NCBI GenBank assembly: GCA_038848185.1
Contig: JAWCNV010000007.1
Coordinates: 9,378 to 73,377 of the forward strand
DNA length: 64,000 nucleotides
Reading direction: 5' to 3'
Origin: Thermoproteota archaeon
Lineage (GTDB): Archaea; Thermoproteota; EX4484-205; JAAOZP01
Under the pieces are notes generated by a model, which had not been told where the DNA came from, made no database searches, and saw only the letters and a list, made by a program, of their open reading frames with translations. Positions 1 through 8,793 of the stretch are shown here, one piece after another; positions within the stretch are counted from its first letter, which is position 1; every line of letters starts with the position of its first letter. The translations under genes were made by a program, and so were the position numbers.

Positions 1-210
1 TTCCCTATGCAGAATACACGGCCCGATTCGGTAGTTCTATACTTCTTGGCAACTCTACCCTTCTCCGTAACAGGTTCAAGATAGCCCCTCTTAACAAGCT
101 CTTTAAACTCCTTCTCGTTCACACGGCTTTTCCTCTGTATCTCCTTTTTAGAAACACCTTTACTATTATCAGCGAGAACTAGTGCAAGCAGTTGGAATTC
201 GTTCAGCCGT
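1..210 (-). CDS. Window-truncated ORF (N-terminal part in window); winged-helix DNA-binding-like; start codon unclear
   Basis: Minus-strand frame is open from 210 to position 1 after a TAA: LNEFQLLALVLADNSKGVSKKEIQRKSRVNEKEFKELVKRGYLEPVTEKGRVAKKYRTTESGRVFCIG. K/R-rich helix-turn-wing pattern. No ATG/TTG in frame; only a GTG (the Val of SRVNEK). Confidence 0.25.
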
Positions 211-318
211 TATCACCCTGTTAAAATAGGCTCAGGTGATTTTTAAAGCTTCCCTATAAAAACAATTGCAAGCTTAAATATCGCAATATGAAGTTAAATC
301 AGATATCAGAAGCAGCAA

Positions 319-771
319 ATGAGAAGGAAAAAGTCATTAAAAGGGAAGATTAAAGTATCGTTTCCAAATATTAGGTTTGAATGTACGCTCTGTGAAAAAT
401 GCTGTATTCAAGATGACAAAAACAGGAGGCAGATAGTTCTGACCGGAAAAGACGTTGAGGAAATTTCAAGCAGGACGAGTCTTAAGACAGAGGATTTTGC
501 AAACGAAAACTCTAATGAAAAATATCCATTTATCATGAAGCTTGTGGAGGAGAGATGTTTCTTCCTAGAACCAAGTGGTAAATGCAGGATCTACTCGAGC
601 AGGCCGCTAGTATGCAGATTCTATCCTTTCGTCATGCATAAGTTTGATGGAAAATACGTGTTTCACGCAGACCCCTCTTGCCCCGGGCTGGGGAAAGGAG
701 AATATCTTGAACGGGAATATTTTGAGAAGCTTGTTGAGGAGGCGGAGAAACGCTTAGGAAAAGCTCATTAG
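319..771 (+). CDS. YkgJ/UPF0153 family Cys-cluster (putative Fe-S or Zn binding) protein
   Basis: Motifs CTLCEKCC near the N-terminus and later CRIY...CRFYP plus PSCPG, typical of the CxxCxxCC 'zinc/iron-chelating domain' family. 150 aa. Confidence 0.55.
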   Translation: MRRKKSLKGKIKVSFPNIRFECTLCEKCCIQDDKNRRQIVLTGKDVEEISSRTSLKTEDFANENSNEKYPFIMKLVEERCFFLEPSGKCRIYSSRPLVCRFYPFVMHKFDGKYVFHADPSCPGLGKGEYLEREYFEKLVEEAEKRLGKAH

Positions 772-1343
772 ACTGTACGGGGAGCCCCGCAGTTAGGGCA
801 TTTCGACTCGCTCTCAGGGAAAACAGTCCCACAGTATTTGCATGAAACAGTTGTCGATAATGCTTTCGGAACCTGGGATGGGTGAGCAACCTGTATTTCG
901 ATTATTCTACTGTTCGCATCTGGACGCCCATCTACTGCAACAACTCCCTTCAGACTCCACGTTACAACTCTGTCAACACTTTTAAAGGAAGGTTGTGCCC
1001 CCGGCGGGATGGGGATTTTAAACTGGAAGCCTTGAATAAATCCTTCAGGTATATGCATCGCTCCAATAAGCTGAGGCTTGGCTGAGAAAAGTATTGCGGA
1101 CTCCCAAACCTGTTGATCAACCTCTTTTTTAAGAGCCTCGTTGTAAACCCTTCTTATTCTCCGCACCTGTTCAACGCATTCAAGCTCACACCTGATCTCG
1201 GTGCAATCAAACTCCTCTTGAGACTCAACTTGGACAACACCCTCCACAACATCGCCGAGGACGAATAATGGTTTCTTCAGGGTTACGGATACATTGGCCT
1301 TAGGAGGAGTAACCTTCTCCTTCAGCTTTCTGAATACGCTCAT
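768..1343 (-). CDS. Arrestin-like/Spo0M-like beta-sandwich protein with C-terminal zinc ribbon
   Basis: N-terminal pattern V.L.KPLFVLGDVVEGVV.V typical of the arrestin-N/Spo0M fold. C-terminal CKYCG...CPNCG zinc ribbon. Converges on the previous gene with a 4-nt overlap. Confidence 0.35.
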   Translation of the reverse strand: MSVFRKLKEKVTPPKANVSVTLKKPLFVLGDVVEGVVQVESQEEFDCTEIRCELECVEQVRRIRRVYNEALKKEVDQQVWESAILFSAKPQLIGAMHIPEGFIQGFQFKIPIPPGAQPSFKSVDRVVTWSLKGVVAVDGRPDANSRIIEIQVAHPSQVPKALSTTVSCKYCGTVFPESESKCPNCGAPRTV

Positions 1344-1457
1344 CTTGAGTAAATGATTCTCTCGAAAGATTTAAACTTTAAAGTTCATAATTCCTCTTCC
1401 TTCGGAATGCTAGGCGAACCATCTCAGAAGTATTCTAATAGTTTCATGAAGGAAGAG

Positions 1458-2294
1458 TTAAATCAACCCGCATAGATATTTCGCTGCCCTAGCTACTTCA
1501 CCGTCGAGTTCAGAGCACTGTGTCGAATCGTTCAGGCTTTCGATAACGATGAAACCTTCGTAGCCTAAATCGTGCAGCGTTTTAAAGGTTTCATCTAGGT
1601 CGACATTTATGCTTCTGAGCCATTCCTTGTTTACAGGATCATTAACGTGGACAAGTTTCACTTTATCCCCGCATTTTTTAAGGTGTTGCATCAGGGTTTC
1701 GTCTTGTGGTCGCGCCATCGTGTTTCCAACCTCTAGGCAAAGACCTACTTTCTCCGAGCCGACATCCTCAAGAAAATCGATAATTGTTTCGGAAGTTTTG
1801 AAGTAATGGTTAACAAATTCCACAGCAATATTAACATCATATTTCTCAGCGGCATCTAAACATTCGTGGAAAAGATTTAGCGTCCACTTGTAGGTCTCGT
1901 CCATACTCATGTAAATGGGGATTGGAGAAATTCCATACATTACTGTTCCTCCTTTTAGCCGGGAAGCGATTTCAATAGCCTTCCTTAATCTATGGATGAT
2001 TAACTGTCTATCCTTTTCTTCCGGAAGGATCTCCAGCCCTGGGGAGAAAGTTGGTACGGTTATGCCCGAGGTCTTAAGGTTTAGTTCAGCCAGCCTATTA
2101 GCCAATAAATCTATTTCCTTCTCAGCCATATCCATGGGCCAAAACTCAAGAGGATATTCGCAAAAATCCACGTAGGATAATCCTGACTTTGCGATCCTGT
2201 TTAAGATTTGTGGAAGTGTGAAATTGAATGTTCTTCCAGGCCATCCATAACACTTCCAATATACGCGGGTCATGATTGAAGGCTTCATTGGCAT
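1458..2294 (-). CDS. Sugar phosphate isomerase/epimerase (xylose isomerase-like TIM barrel; IolE/IolI-like)
   Basis: 278 aa. TIM-barrel AP-endonuclease-2/xylose-isomerase-like signature (VHVNDP...EGFIVIES). Abuts the downstream Gfo/Idh/MocA gene (stop/start share nt 2294). Confidence 0.7.
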   Translation of the reverse strand: MPMKPSIMTRVYWKCYGWPGRTFNFTLPQILNRIAKSGLSYVDFCEYPLEFWPMDMAEKEIDLLANRLAELNLKTSGITVPTFSPGLEILPEEKDRQLIIHRLRKAIEIASRLKGGTVMYGISPIPIYMSMDETYKWTLNLFHECLDAAEKYDVNIAVEFVNHYFKTSETIIDFLEDVGSEKVGLCLEVGNTMARPQDETLMQHLKKCGDKVKLVHVNDPVNKEWLRSINVDLDETFKTLHDLGYEGFIVIESLNDSTQCSELDGEVARAAKYLCGLI

Positions 2295-3382
2295 TAGAAT
2301 CTCCTCCTTTCAACCATTTCCAGCAGAGGATTCTCATCAACTTTTAGAGGAAGCGGGATGATTTCTCTCCGTCTTGCAGACTCATATATTGCCATAATTA
2401 CTTCAAGCGTTTTACGACCCTGCTCCCCGCTGCACGGATGCTCAACACCCTCCTCCATGCTTTTTATAAGTGCTTCAGCCTGAAGCCTAAATGGATCTGA
2501 TTCTTGCGTAACGCTACTAGCTTGCCAGTCCCTCTCGTTTTTCCCTCTATATTTTAGTGGCGGGTTCCCTCTTTCATCAACCTGAATCACACCATCTGAT
2601 CCATATACCTGTATGGCGCAGTAAGGAACGTTTTTCTTCCACCATCTAATCTTGTTGACACGATTCAAATCCTTGAAGAGGCTTTCCTGTGAAAAACCGA
2701 CCTCTCCAAGTCTAGGTCCGCCAGAGGAAACTTGAGATGTTTCTATGAATGCCCTTAACCCGTTTTCAAACTCCACGTATCCAATTGAAGCATCCTCAAC
2801 GTAATGCCCATATCGCCTTCGCTTCTCATATGCATCGATTTGCCCGAAAACCCAGTTTACTGTTTCATCATTGTTAATGAACCTTATTAAATCAATAAGG
2901 TGGGTTCCATCTGAAAGAAGGTCACCTACCGAGGCACCGTGAATCAACTCTGGTTCCCCTATTATTCCAGAGTTCAGCAGGTTTTTCGTCTCACTGTAGA
3001 TTTTTAGAAACCTTCTCATGTGGCCAATAGCCAATTTTGCACCAGTCTTTCTACACGCCATTATCATTCTGTCGGCTTCAGCTAGGTTCATCGCCATAGG
3101 TTTTTCACAGATTATTCCTTTAACTCCTTCTTCAGCAGCTCTTTCAGTCATCTCGCAATGGAATATTGGCCAAGTGCAGACACTCACAATGTCAAGCTTC
3201 TCTTTACGAAGCATTTCCCCGTAGTCCGTGTAAATGTTTTTAACGTTGTAGAGTTTACTGAATTCTTTGAGGCGAACCTGATCTATATCGGAGGCAGCTG
3301 TTATTTCTAAACCTAATTCAATGTATGCCTTTGCATGAGCATTCGCTATGCCTCCGCACCCAATTATTCCTGTTCTATACAT
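2294..3382 (-). CDS. Gfo/Idh/MocA family NAD(P)-dependent oxidoreductase (inositol 2-dehydrogenase-like)
   Basis: N-terminal Rossmann motif GIIGCGGIANAHAKAY. EKP motif (CEKPMA). C-terminal alpha/beta domain. 362 aa. Confidence 0.85.
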   Translation of the reverse strand: MYRTGIIGCGGIANAHAKAYIELGLEITAASDIDQVRLKEFSKLYNVKNIYTDYGEMLRKEKLDIVSVCTWPIFHCEMTERAAEEGVKGIICEKPMAMNLAEADRMIMACRKTGAKLAIGHMRRFLKIYSETKNLLNSGIIGEPELIHGASVGDLLSDGTHLIDLIRFINNDETVNWVFGQIDAYEKRRRYGHYVEDASIGYVEFENGLRAFIETSQVSSGGPRLGEVGFSQESLFKDLNRVNKIRWWKKNVPYCAIQVYGSDGVIQVDERGNPPLKYRGKNERDWQASSVTQESDPFRLQAEALIKSMEEGVEHPCSGEQGRKTLEVIMAIYESARRREIIPLPLKVDENPLLEMVERRRF

Positions 3383-3451
3383 GCTTATGACACTCGATGA
3401 AGCCGATTGTTTGATTTAAGTTTTAAACAAGGATTGAATGGGAAGGGTGCC

Positions 3452-4606
3452 TCACAAAGGTATAAGCAGTAAATTGGATAGAATCATTATTAATCCTCCT
3501 ATAAGAAACGGGAGATTGATATTCATCGAGCCGAAGTACCCTGCCATAAAGGGGCCTATAATATTCCCTATGGAGCTTATGAAGGAAACAATGTTATAAT
3601 CTCTCCCCCTAGTTTCATCTCCCGAATACCTTTGAATAAGGTAGTTTCTTAAAGTAAACCATACGGATGCTCCAAAAGGATCGTGGAGAAGCCATATGAA
3701 GGCAGAGGCCAGAAAACCTTCAGGAAGGGTAGCAAGGGCTGTAAACAATCCCTGCATGGTTGTAAACAATATGAGAAAAGACTTGTAGGAAAACCTCTTA
3801 GAACCCTTGATAATTCTGTCATTGTACAGCATTGGGATACCTAGGCTAAGTCTATGCACAGTCATCAGTACTGAGAGAACCTCGGGGGAAAGCGAAAATT
3901 TCTTTGAGAAGAACAGCGTCATAGTAAAATAGTGGGTGGCTGAAGACCCGGCTAATAGGACTATCCCTGAGAGAGACAGTATTTTAAGCTCCCTACTAAA
4001 CTTCTTCTCAACATTCCTTTCACCTCTAACTTTCAAAACCTTTTTCTCCCCAACTACCCTGTTTTCCTTAAAGAAGAGAGCGAGTATCAGAAAACCAATG
4101 ATTTGAAGAACACTTGAAATCGTGAATGCAGCTCGATAATCAAAAATGCTGACAAGCAGACCGGCGGAAATAAGGCCTATTGCCTGAGAGATAAACTCTA
4201 ACCCAGCTATTCTGGAGTAAGAGGAGATGAAGCTTTGACGATCCTGCTCATACACCATTGGAGTGAAGACAGCACCCCTAATTGCTACAGCAGAGTCAAA
4301 CATTGTTTTAACAATCGCTATCATAATAACCGAGTTGAAGAACGGGGTAAGTAAGTGTGAAAATCCTCCGAGCAATAGAGCGGAAATCATGAAAATCTTT
4401 CTACCGTACACATCGGATTTAGCCCCCAAGATGATGCTTAAAAAAGCAATAAACAGAGCAGATATTGTGAAGACATATCCAATATCAATAAGGGAAATCG
4501 AGAGAGAATCCATGTAAAGAGGAAGCAGGATCTCGTAGAGCCCAAAGGAGAAGCCGAAGAACCATGTAGAGATGGTTAGTGCGATTAGCCCTATCCTGTC
4601 AGCCAT
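3452..4606 (-). CDS. MFS transporter
   Basis: 384 aa, about 12 predicted TM helices. MFS loop motif GAKSDVYGRK between TM2 and TM3. Confidence 0.8.
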   Translation of the reverse strand: MADRIGLIALTISTWFFGFSFGLYEILLPLYMDSLSISLIDIGYVFTISALFIAFLSIILGAKSDVYGRKIFMISALLLGGFSHLLTPFFNSVIMIAIVKTMFDSAVAIRGAVFTPMVYEQDRQSFISSYSRIAGLEFISQAIGLISAGLLVSIFDYRAAFTISSVLQIIGFLILALFFKENRVVGEKKVLKVRGERNVEKKFSRELKILSLSGIVLLAGSSATHYFTMTLFFSKKFSLSPEVLSVLMTVHRLSLGIPMLYNDRIIKGSKRFSYKSFLILFTTMQGLFTALATLPEGFLASAFIWLLHDPFGASVWFTLRNYLIQRYSGDETRGRDYNIVSFISSIGNIIGPFMAGYFGSMNINLPFLIGGLIMILSNLLLIPL

Positions 4607-4660
4607 GAGCTCGTTGACAAGTGTTTAACCATCTTATAAGCATTAGTTTCAGATTCCCTA

Positions 4661-4672
4661 AAGTTTTAAAGC
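4661..4672 (+). promoter_or_regulatory. Candidate archaeal TATA box (AAAGTTTTAAAG) about 25 nt upstream of ATG 4693
   Basis: AT-rich box in the 86-nt divergent intergenic region between the MFS gene (start 4606, minus) and the 4693 start. Confidence 0.3.
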
Positions 4673-4692
4673 AACTCTTAGCTATAGGATTC

Positions 4693-5241
4693 ATGGCCAA
4701 GCAAGATAGGATTACAAAATATTTTGCTGAGCCAGGCCCAGAAAACACGGGTGACTTAATAAAGGCTGTTGCTGAAAGAATTAAGACGGGCGATGTTAAG
4801 AAAGTGGTTGTCGCAAGCACTTCTGGAGAAACAGGTCTTAAATTTGCTGAGGCTTTGAAAAGCAATGCTCAGGTTGTGGCGGTGTCGCACGAGAAGATGG
4901 TTCCTGAGCTTAAGGATAAGATAGTTAAACTGGGAGGAGTTGCCACTGACGGTACTCACCTACCGCTACACGGTAAAGGTATGGATGAGGTTAGAGACGC
5001 TTTCTATACTCTTGGTCAAGGATTTAAAGTAGCTGTAGAAGTAATACTGATAGCTGCAGATAAAGGCTTAGTGAAACCCTATGAGGATGTCATAGGGGTT
5101 GGCGGAAGTGGAGAAGGAGCTGACACAGCGATAGTAGCAAGAGCAACTCCTACAAAGGAAATCTTTAGTAGCGACAAGTCTAAGAGGCTCGAGGTAAGAG
5201 AGATAATTGCTATGCCGCTTAAGAAGAAATGGTGGGACTAG
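4693..5241 (+). CDS. Pyruvate-kinase C-terminal (alpha/beta) domain-like protein, function unknown
   Basis: The ORF track begins at 4621, but the internal ATG at 4693 (MAKQDRITKYF...) lies about 25 nt downstream of a TATA-like box. VVVASTSGETG...GGSGEGADTAIVARA resembles the PK C-terminal domain fold. Confidence 0.45.
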   Translation: MAKQDRITKYFAEPGPENTGDLIKAVAERIKTGDVKKVVVASTSGETGLKFAEALKSNAQVVAVSHEKMVPELKDKIVKLGGVATDGTHLPLHGKGMDEVRDAFYTLGQGFKVAVEVILIAADKGLVKPYEDVIGVGGSGEGADTAIVARATPTKEIFSSDKSKRLEVREIIAMPLKKKWWD

Positions 5242-5262
5242 TAGAAAGGTAATAGAGAAGGA

Positions 5263-6582
5263 TTACGGCACAATCTTAGCTTCCGAATTTATTTTCCTCC
5301 AATATAATTCAAACAAAAGGCCCGAGGAACTAGTTTTTACTTCATCGATTAGACTTTTTTCAAGCTTCAATGATTTTTCGAAAGCGTTGTATGTGAGCTG
5401 CCTCAAATCCTTGAAAGAAGCATCCCCGTTTAAAAAGCGAGACCTCAATTCCTCCGCCTCTTTATGAAGCAAATTCTCTGTTGACTTGATCTGCTCACGT
5501 ATCTTTGAGAAGTACCGTTTAAAGGAACCGAGTGTTTTCCTACTCAATCTTTCATGAGTCCACCAGATTGAATCAGAATCGTAAAAACTTTTTGGAGTTA
5601 GTTTTAAATCCGGTAGACCAGCCTCCATGAAAACCGGTTTGTAAATACTTATGCAGGGTGTTGACGTAGCTGTAAACCAGTGGATAGGTGTTTTTTCAAA
5701 AAGCTGACCAATATAGGATGCTGAGGTTTGGGAGGGTCGTGTTAGGATGCCAGCATGCATGCAGACATCTCTCATAGAGCCTTTTGCAGGAGTAAAGTTT
5801 TCGCCAAGCCTGTGGCTCCTCATAATGTTCTTAACGAAAGCTATATCGATCTCTCCCATCTTTTGCTCTAGGCAACCCTGAGTGTAAGCATGCCTCTCCC
5901 TTCCTCTAGCAAAATGTGTGTAAAACCAGTCTGAATAACACTTTGAAAAATCAAAATCCCTATCATCTCTACACCACCCTTTTTCCACTGCATGTTCAAC
6001 AACGTTTTTTGAAGCAAGGTCCCACTTGTCTTTAATGGTTAAAGCGTTAGAAATACTCCTTACATTCCTAACCTTTTCTGCAACCCAGTATTTCCCAGCG
6101 GTTTCTAAAACCCAAGCCTCCCGGGGATCAGATATTATGAAGGAGTTATGGTAGTATGTTTTGCTTTTAAACCCGCAGTTACCGCCCTGACCATATTCCT
6201 CCAAGTATCTAATAATGAACTGAAGTGCCTCATACGAATCTCTACATCTCTCTAAGGCAAGCCTCAGTAGATCCATCCCGGTGAGACCGGTTTCAGATTT
6301 TCCTTCCTTGGTGAACACCGCCTCGTTTCCTATGGCCAATCCGAATTCGTTAACACCCATTTCAGCACCCCACATCCAGACAGGCCTCGAAATGATAATG
6401 GAATAGGTTTTCTTCACCTGTGGAACCTTAATGTAAGTGCAGTTAACAAATTCTTCATCATGCTCCATCCCAAGATAAAACTCCAGTGCTTGCGGCTCAT
6501 TAGGTTCTCTATCACTATTCTTAGCAAAAATCGTTACATTCTCTTTACTTGAGTTTTGCAATATTACTAAGGTGTCACACAT
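5263..6582 (-). CDS. Peptidase C69/secernin-like Ntn-hydrolase (dipeptidase family)
   Basis: Starts MCDTLV, i.e. Cys2 as the N-terminal nucleophile. FAKNSDREPNEPQ matches the secernin/C69 motif FGKNSARPRDEVQ. 439 aa. Confidence 0.7.
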   Translation of the reverse strand: MCDTLVILQNSSKENVTIFAKNSDREPNEPQALEFYLGMEHDEEFVNCTYIKVPQVKKTYSIIISRPVWMWGAEMGVNEFGLAIGNEAVFTKEGKSETGLTGMDLLRLALERCRDSYEALQFIIRYLEEYGQGGNCGFKSKTYYHNSFIISDPREAWVLETAGKYWVAEKVRNVRSISNALTIKDKWDLASKNVVEHAVEKGWCRDDRDFDFSKCYSDWFYTHFARGRERHAYTQGCLEQKMGEIDIAFVKNIMRSHRLGENFTPAKGSMRDVCMHAGILTRPSQTSASYIGQLFEKTPIHWFTATSTPCISIYKPVFMEAGLPDLKLTPKSFYDSDSIWWTHERLSRKTLGSFKRYFSKIREQIKSTENLLHKEAEELRSRFLNGDASFKDLRQLTYNAFEKSLKLEKSLIDEVKTSSSGLLFELYWRKINSEAKIVP

Positions 6583-6676
6583 GTTTTTAATAAAATGGAT
6601 CGTAGAAAATAAATCTTTCCAAGAGCTTAAGAATTAGAGAATGTAATAATGCTCCAATAATTGAAAAAAGAAAAAG

Positions 6677-7123
6677 TTAGTAGCTGCTTCCTGATTTTTC
6701 TAGCAAAAGCTCAAGCTCAGTTATGTGCTCCTGCTCATCCATTATGATGTGCCTAACCTCGTGTTCCAGCAGGAAATCGTAGTATCCTCTACCTCTCTCC
6801 TTTAAAATAGCATCATAGATTCTCCTGTAAGTGTCTACTGCCTCCTTCTCATCTTTCAGATTCTGTTCGAGTATCTCCTTAACAGTTTTAGCCGGATGGG
6901 TTTCAGCAATCCTCATGCTCGGGATTCCTCCAAGCATGCCTATTAGAGACCTAAACTTATCTTGATGAGTCTTTTCATCATTCGCGATTTCCTTCAGCCT
7001 CTCTATTATTGGTTCAGCATTCTCACCGTCAATAATCTCGGCATGACTCAGGTACTGAACATATGCAGCATGCTCAAGCTCAAGTGCATGGTTAAGCATT
7101 TTCAACAGCTCTTCCTTAGACAT
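6677..7123 (-). CDS. Ferritin-like (bacterioferritin/rubrerythrin-type) di-iron four-helix-bundle protein
   Basis: Paired E...E..H motifs (ELEHAAYVQY and DEQEHITELE). 148 aa, helical. Confidence 0.55.
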   Translation of the reverse strand: MSKEELLKMLNHALELEHAAYVQYLSHAEIIDGENAEPIIERLKEIANDEKTHQDKFRSLIGMLGGIPSMRIAETHPAKTVKEILEQNLKDEKEAVDTYRRIYDAILKERGRGYYDFLLEHEVRHIIMDEQEHITELELLLEKSGSSY

Positions 7124-7211
7124 TTTAAATCACCATTTTGGGAAGGAAACCCTTTTCTTATAAGCGTTTTCCGAAAATCCTTATAAACAAATCTTACCAG
7201 TAACTGTATAA

Positions 7212-7712
7212 TTGTCTAGCCCTAAGACAATAGAGAAGTCTGCCGGCTTCATAGTATTTATGGAGGAGGGCGGGAGGGCAAAGTATCTTTTTCTCAGAGT
7301 TGGCGGTAGGCTTGACTTTCCTAAGGGCAACATAGAGAAGGATGAGGATGAGCTTTCAGCAGCCCTAAGAGAGTTGAAGGAGGAGAGTGGGATAGCTAAA
7401 GTCAGGATAATCCCTGGATTTAGAAGAGTCTTAAATTATTACTACAGGAGGGGAGATGGGACGCTCGTCAGTAAGACGCTAATCCTATTCCTCGGGGAAG
7501 CCTTGGGAAAAGAGGTTTCAACTTCTTGGGAGCATGAGGGTTTCGAGTGGCTTAGCTTCGAGGATGCTGTTAAAAAGATCAAATACCATGGCTACAGGAA
7601 GATTTTGGAGGAGGCGGAAGAACACAGGGTTAAAATGGTCCAAGGAAGCTTGGAGCGATGGATAAACGGTGACACTGGCTTCCAAGCGTCTTCAGATAGA
7701 GGCGAAAAATAG
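7212..7712 (+). CDS. NUDIX hydrolase
   Basis: Nudix box GNIEKDEDELSAALRELKEESGI (Gx5Ex7REUxEExGU). Confidence 0.8.
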   Translation: MSSPKTIEKSAGFIVFMEEGGRAKYLFLRVGGRLDFPKGNIEKDEDELSAALRELKEESGIAKVRIIPGFRRVLNYYYRRGDGTLVSKTLILFLGEALGKEVSTSWEHEGFEWLSFEDAVKKIKYHGYRKILEEAEEHRVKMVQGSLERWINGDTGFQASSDRGEK

Positions 7713-8531
7713 TTTTCCATGTTCAAACAAGGCTTGCTCCACGTAACCCATGTTTCTAGCGTATTCAACTATAGAGTCATACCCGAAATCTATTTCGCTT
7801 AAACTGTGAGCATCTGTGCCTAAGGTAATAGGGATCTTCATAGATGCACATGCTTCGAAAACTCTTCTTGTAGGATATGCTTCATTCACAGGGTTTCTTA
7901 ACCCTTTGCTGGAAACCTCAACCGCTATTTTAAGCTCGCTCACTTTCTCCAGCACGCTTAACTCCTCTTTCTTTAAAGAATCCGATGGCTTAAACCCCCA
8001 ATTCCTAGCGACATCGAAGTGTGCAATAATATTGAACAATCCTGTTTCAACAGCCCTTCCAAGAAGCCTGAGGTACTTAACGTAGAAACCGTCGAAACCC
8101 TCTTCCTTAACAGCTGTTTCAAACGCTTTTCTGAACTTGGTGCAGTCTAAGCAGAGTTCCCCTATCCAGTGCACGCTTCCCATCAGAAAGTCGAAATCAT
8201 AGCTTCCCAGTATGTCTCTAAGAATTTTCTCTGAACCCGGAAAATAGTCGACCTCTAGACCAGCTTTTAATCTTAAAACTGGAAACTGTTTTCCAACTTC
8301 CCTAACCTCAGACAAGTATTCTCCAAGCTTAGAAGGCTCAATAGAATAATACAGCTTCTTCATAGAGCCTGGCCTTACCGCCAAGTGCTCCGTGAAAGCT
8401 ATCTCGTTAAAATCCTTTCTAATGGCTTCCTGCACATAGTCCTTGATGGTCGCTTTGCCGTCGCTGTAAGTGCTGTGAATATGGTAGTTCACTTTAACCA
8501 TTCTTTCACAGGCATGCTTCGCCGCTTCCAA
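7692..8531 (-). CDS. PHP-domain phosphoesterase (HisJ-family histidinol-phosphatase-like)
   Basis: N-terminal NYHIHSTYSDG motif, the PHP metal-binding HxH. Later FTEH and GTDAH motifs. 279 aa. Convergent with the NUDIX gene, 21-nt overlap. Confidence 0.7.
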   Translation of the reverse strand: MEAAKHACERMVKVNYHIHSTYSDGKATIKDYVQEAIRKDFNEIAFTEHLAVRPGSMKKLYYSIEPSKLGEYLSEVREVGKQFPVLRLKAGLEVDYFPGSEKILRDILGSYDFDFLMGSVHWIGELCLDCTKFRKAFETAVKEEGFDGFYVKYLRLLGRAVETGLFNIIAHFDVARNWGFKPSDSLKKEELSVLEKVSELKIAVEVSSKGLRNPVNEAYPTRRVFEACASMKIPITLGTDAHSLSEIDFGYDSIVEYARNMGYVEQALFEHGKLFFASI

Positions 8532-8646
8532 TATTATTTAACGTTTTTCCCTCAGGGTCATCGTTGCTATTCAGAGTTATGCTTTGTTAGGAATACTCTT
8601 TTCCGAGCAATGTTTATAAACTGCTTATTTTTTAACCGGTCACAGT

Positions 8647-8790
8647 GGCGGTAGCAGGGGGAGCTGGGAAAACCGGCTGAGAGGATCCCTGATCGGGGTC
8701 GACCCCTTGAACCTGACCCGGGTAATACCGGCGTAGGGAATGCTACCTGATGCTCCTTCTTCTACCGCCCCGTGTAAAAAGGAGGTGAAA
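8647..8790 (+). promoter_or_regulatory. TPP (THI-box) riboswitch with putative SD-sequestering expression platform
   Basis: Aptamer core GGGGAGC..GCTGAGAGG (8677-8684)..CCCTTGAACCTGACCCGGGTAATACCGGCGTAGGGAA (8703-8740) matches the conserved THI-box blocks. P1 candidate GGTAGCA 8650-8656 / TGCTACC 8741-8747. CTCCTT 8753-8758 is complementary to SD AAGGAG 8779-8784. GGCGGTAG 8647-8654 is complementary to CTACCGCC 8762-8769. Confidence 0.8.
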
Positions 8791-8793
8791 AAG

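Noticed and set aside
632-889. Numerous 60-120-aa ORFs antisense to or nested within larger genes (for example 632-889, 1609-1806, 9312-9503, 20055-20258, 28162-28707, 59413-59628)
   Set aside because: All are embedded in confidently assigned longer genes on the opposite strand or in another frame. They have biased, low-complexity composition typical of shadow ORFs.
8740-8793. ORF-track start of the binding-protein gene at ATG 8740 (MLPDAPSSTAPCKKEVKK...)
   Set aside because: This ATG lies inside the conserved GTAGGGAATGC segment of the TPP aptamer and upstream of the SD. The SD (GGAGGTGA) sits ideally before ATG 8794, which begins a signal/anchor peptide. The longer ORF is a read-through artefact of the leader.
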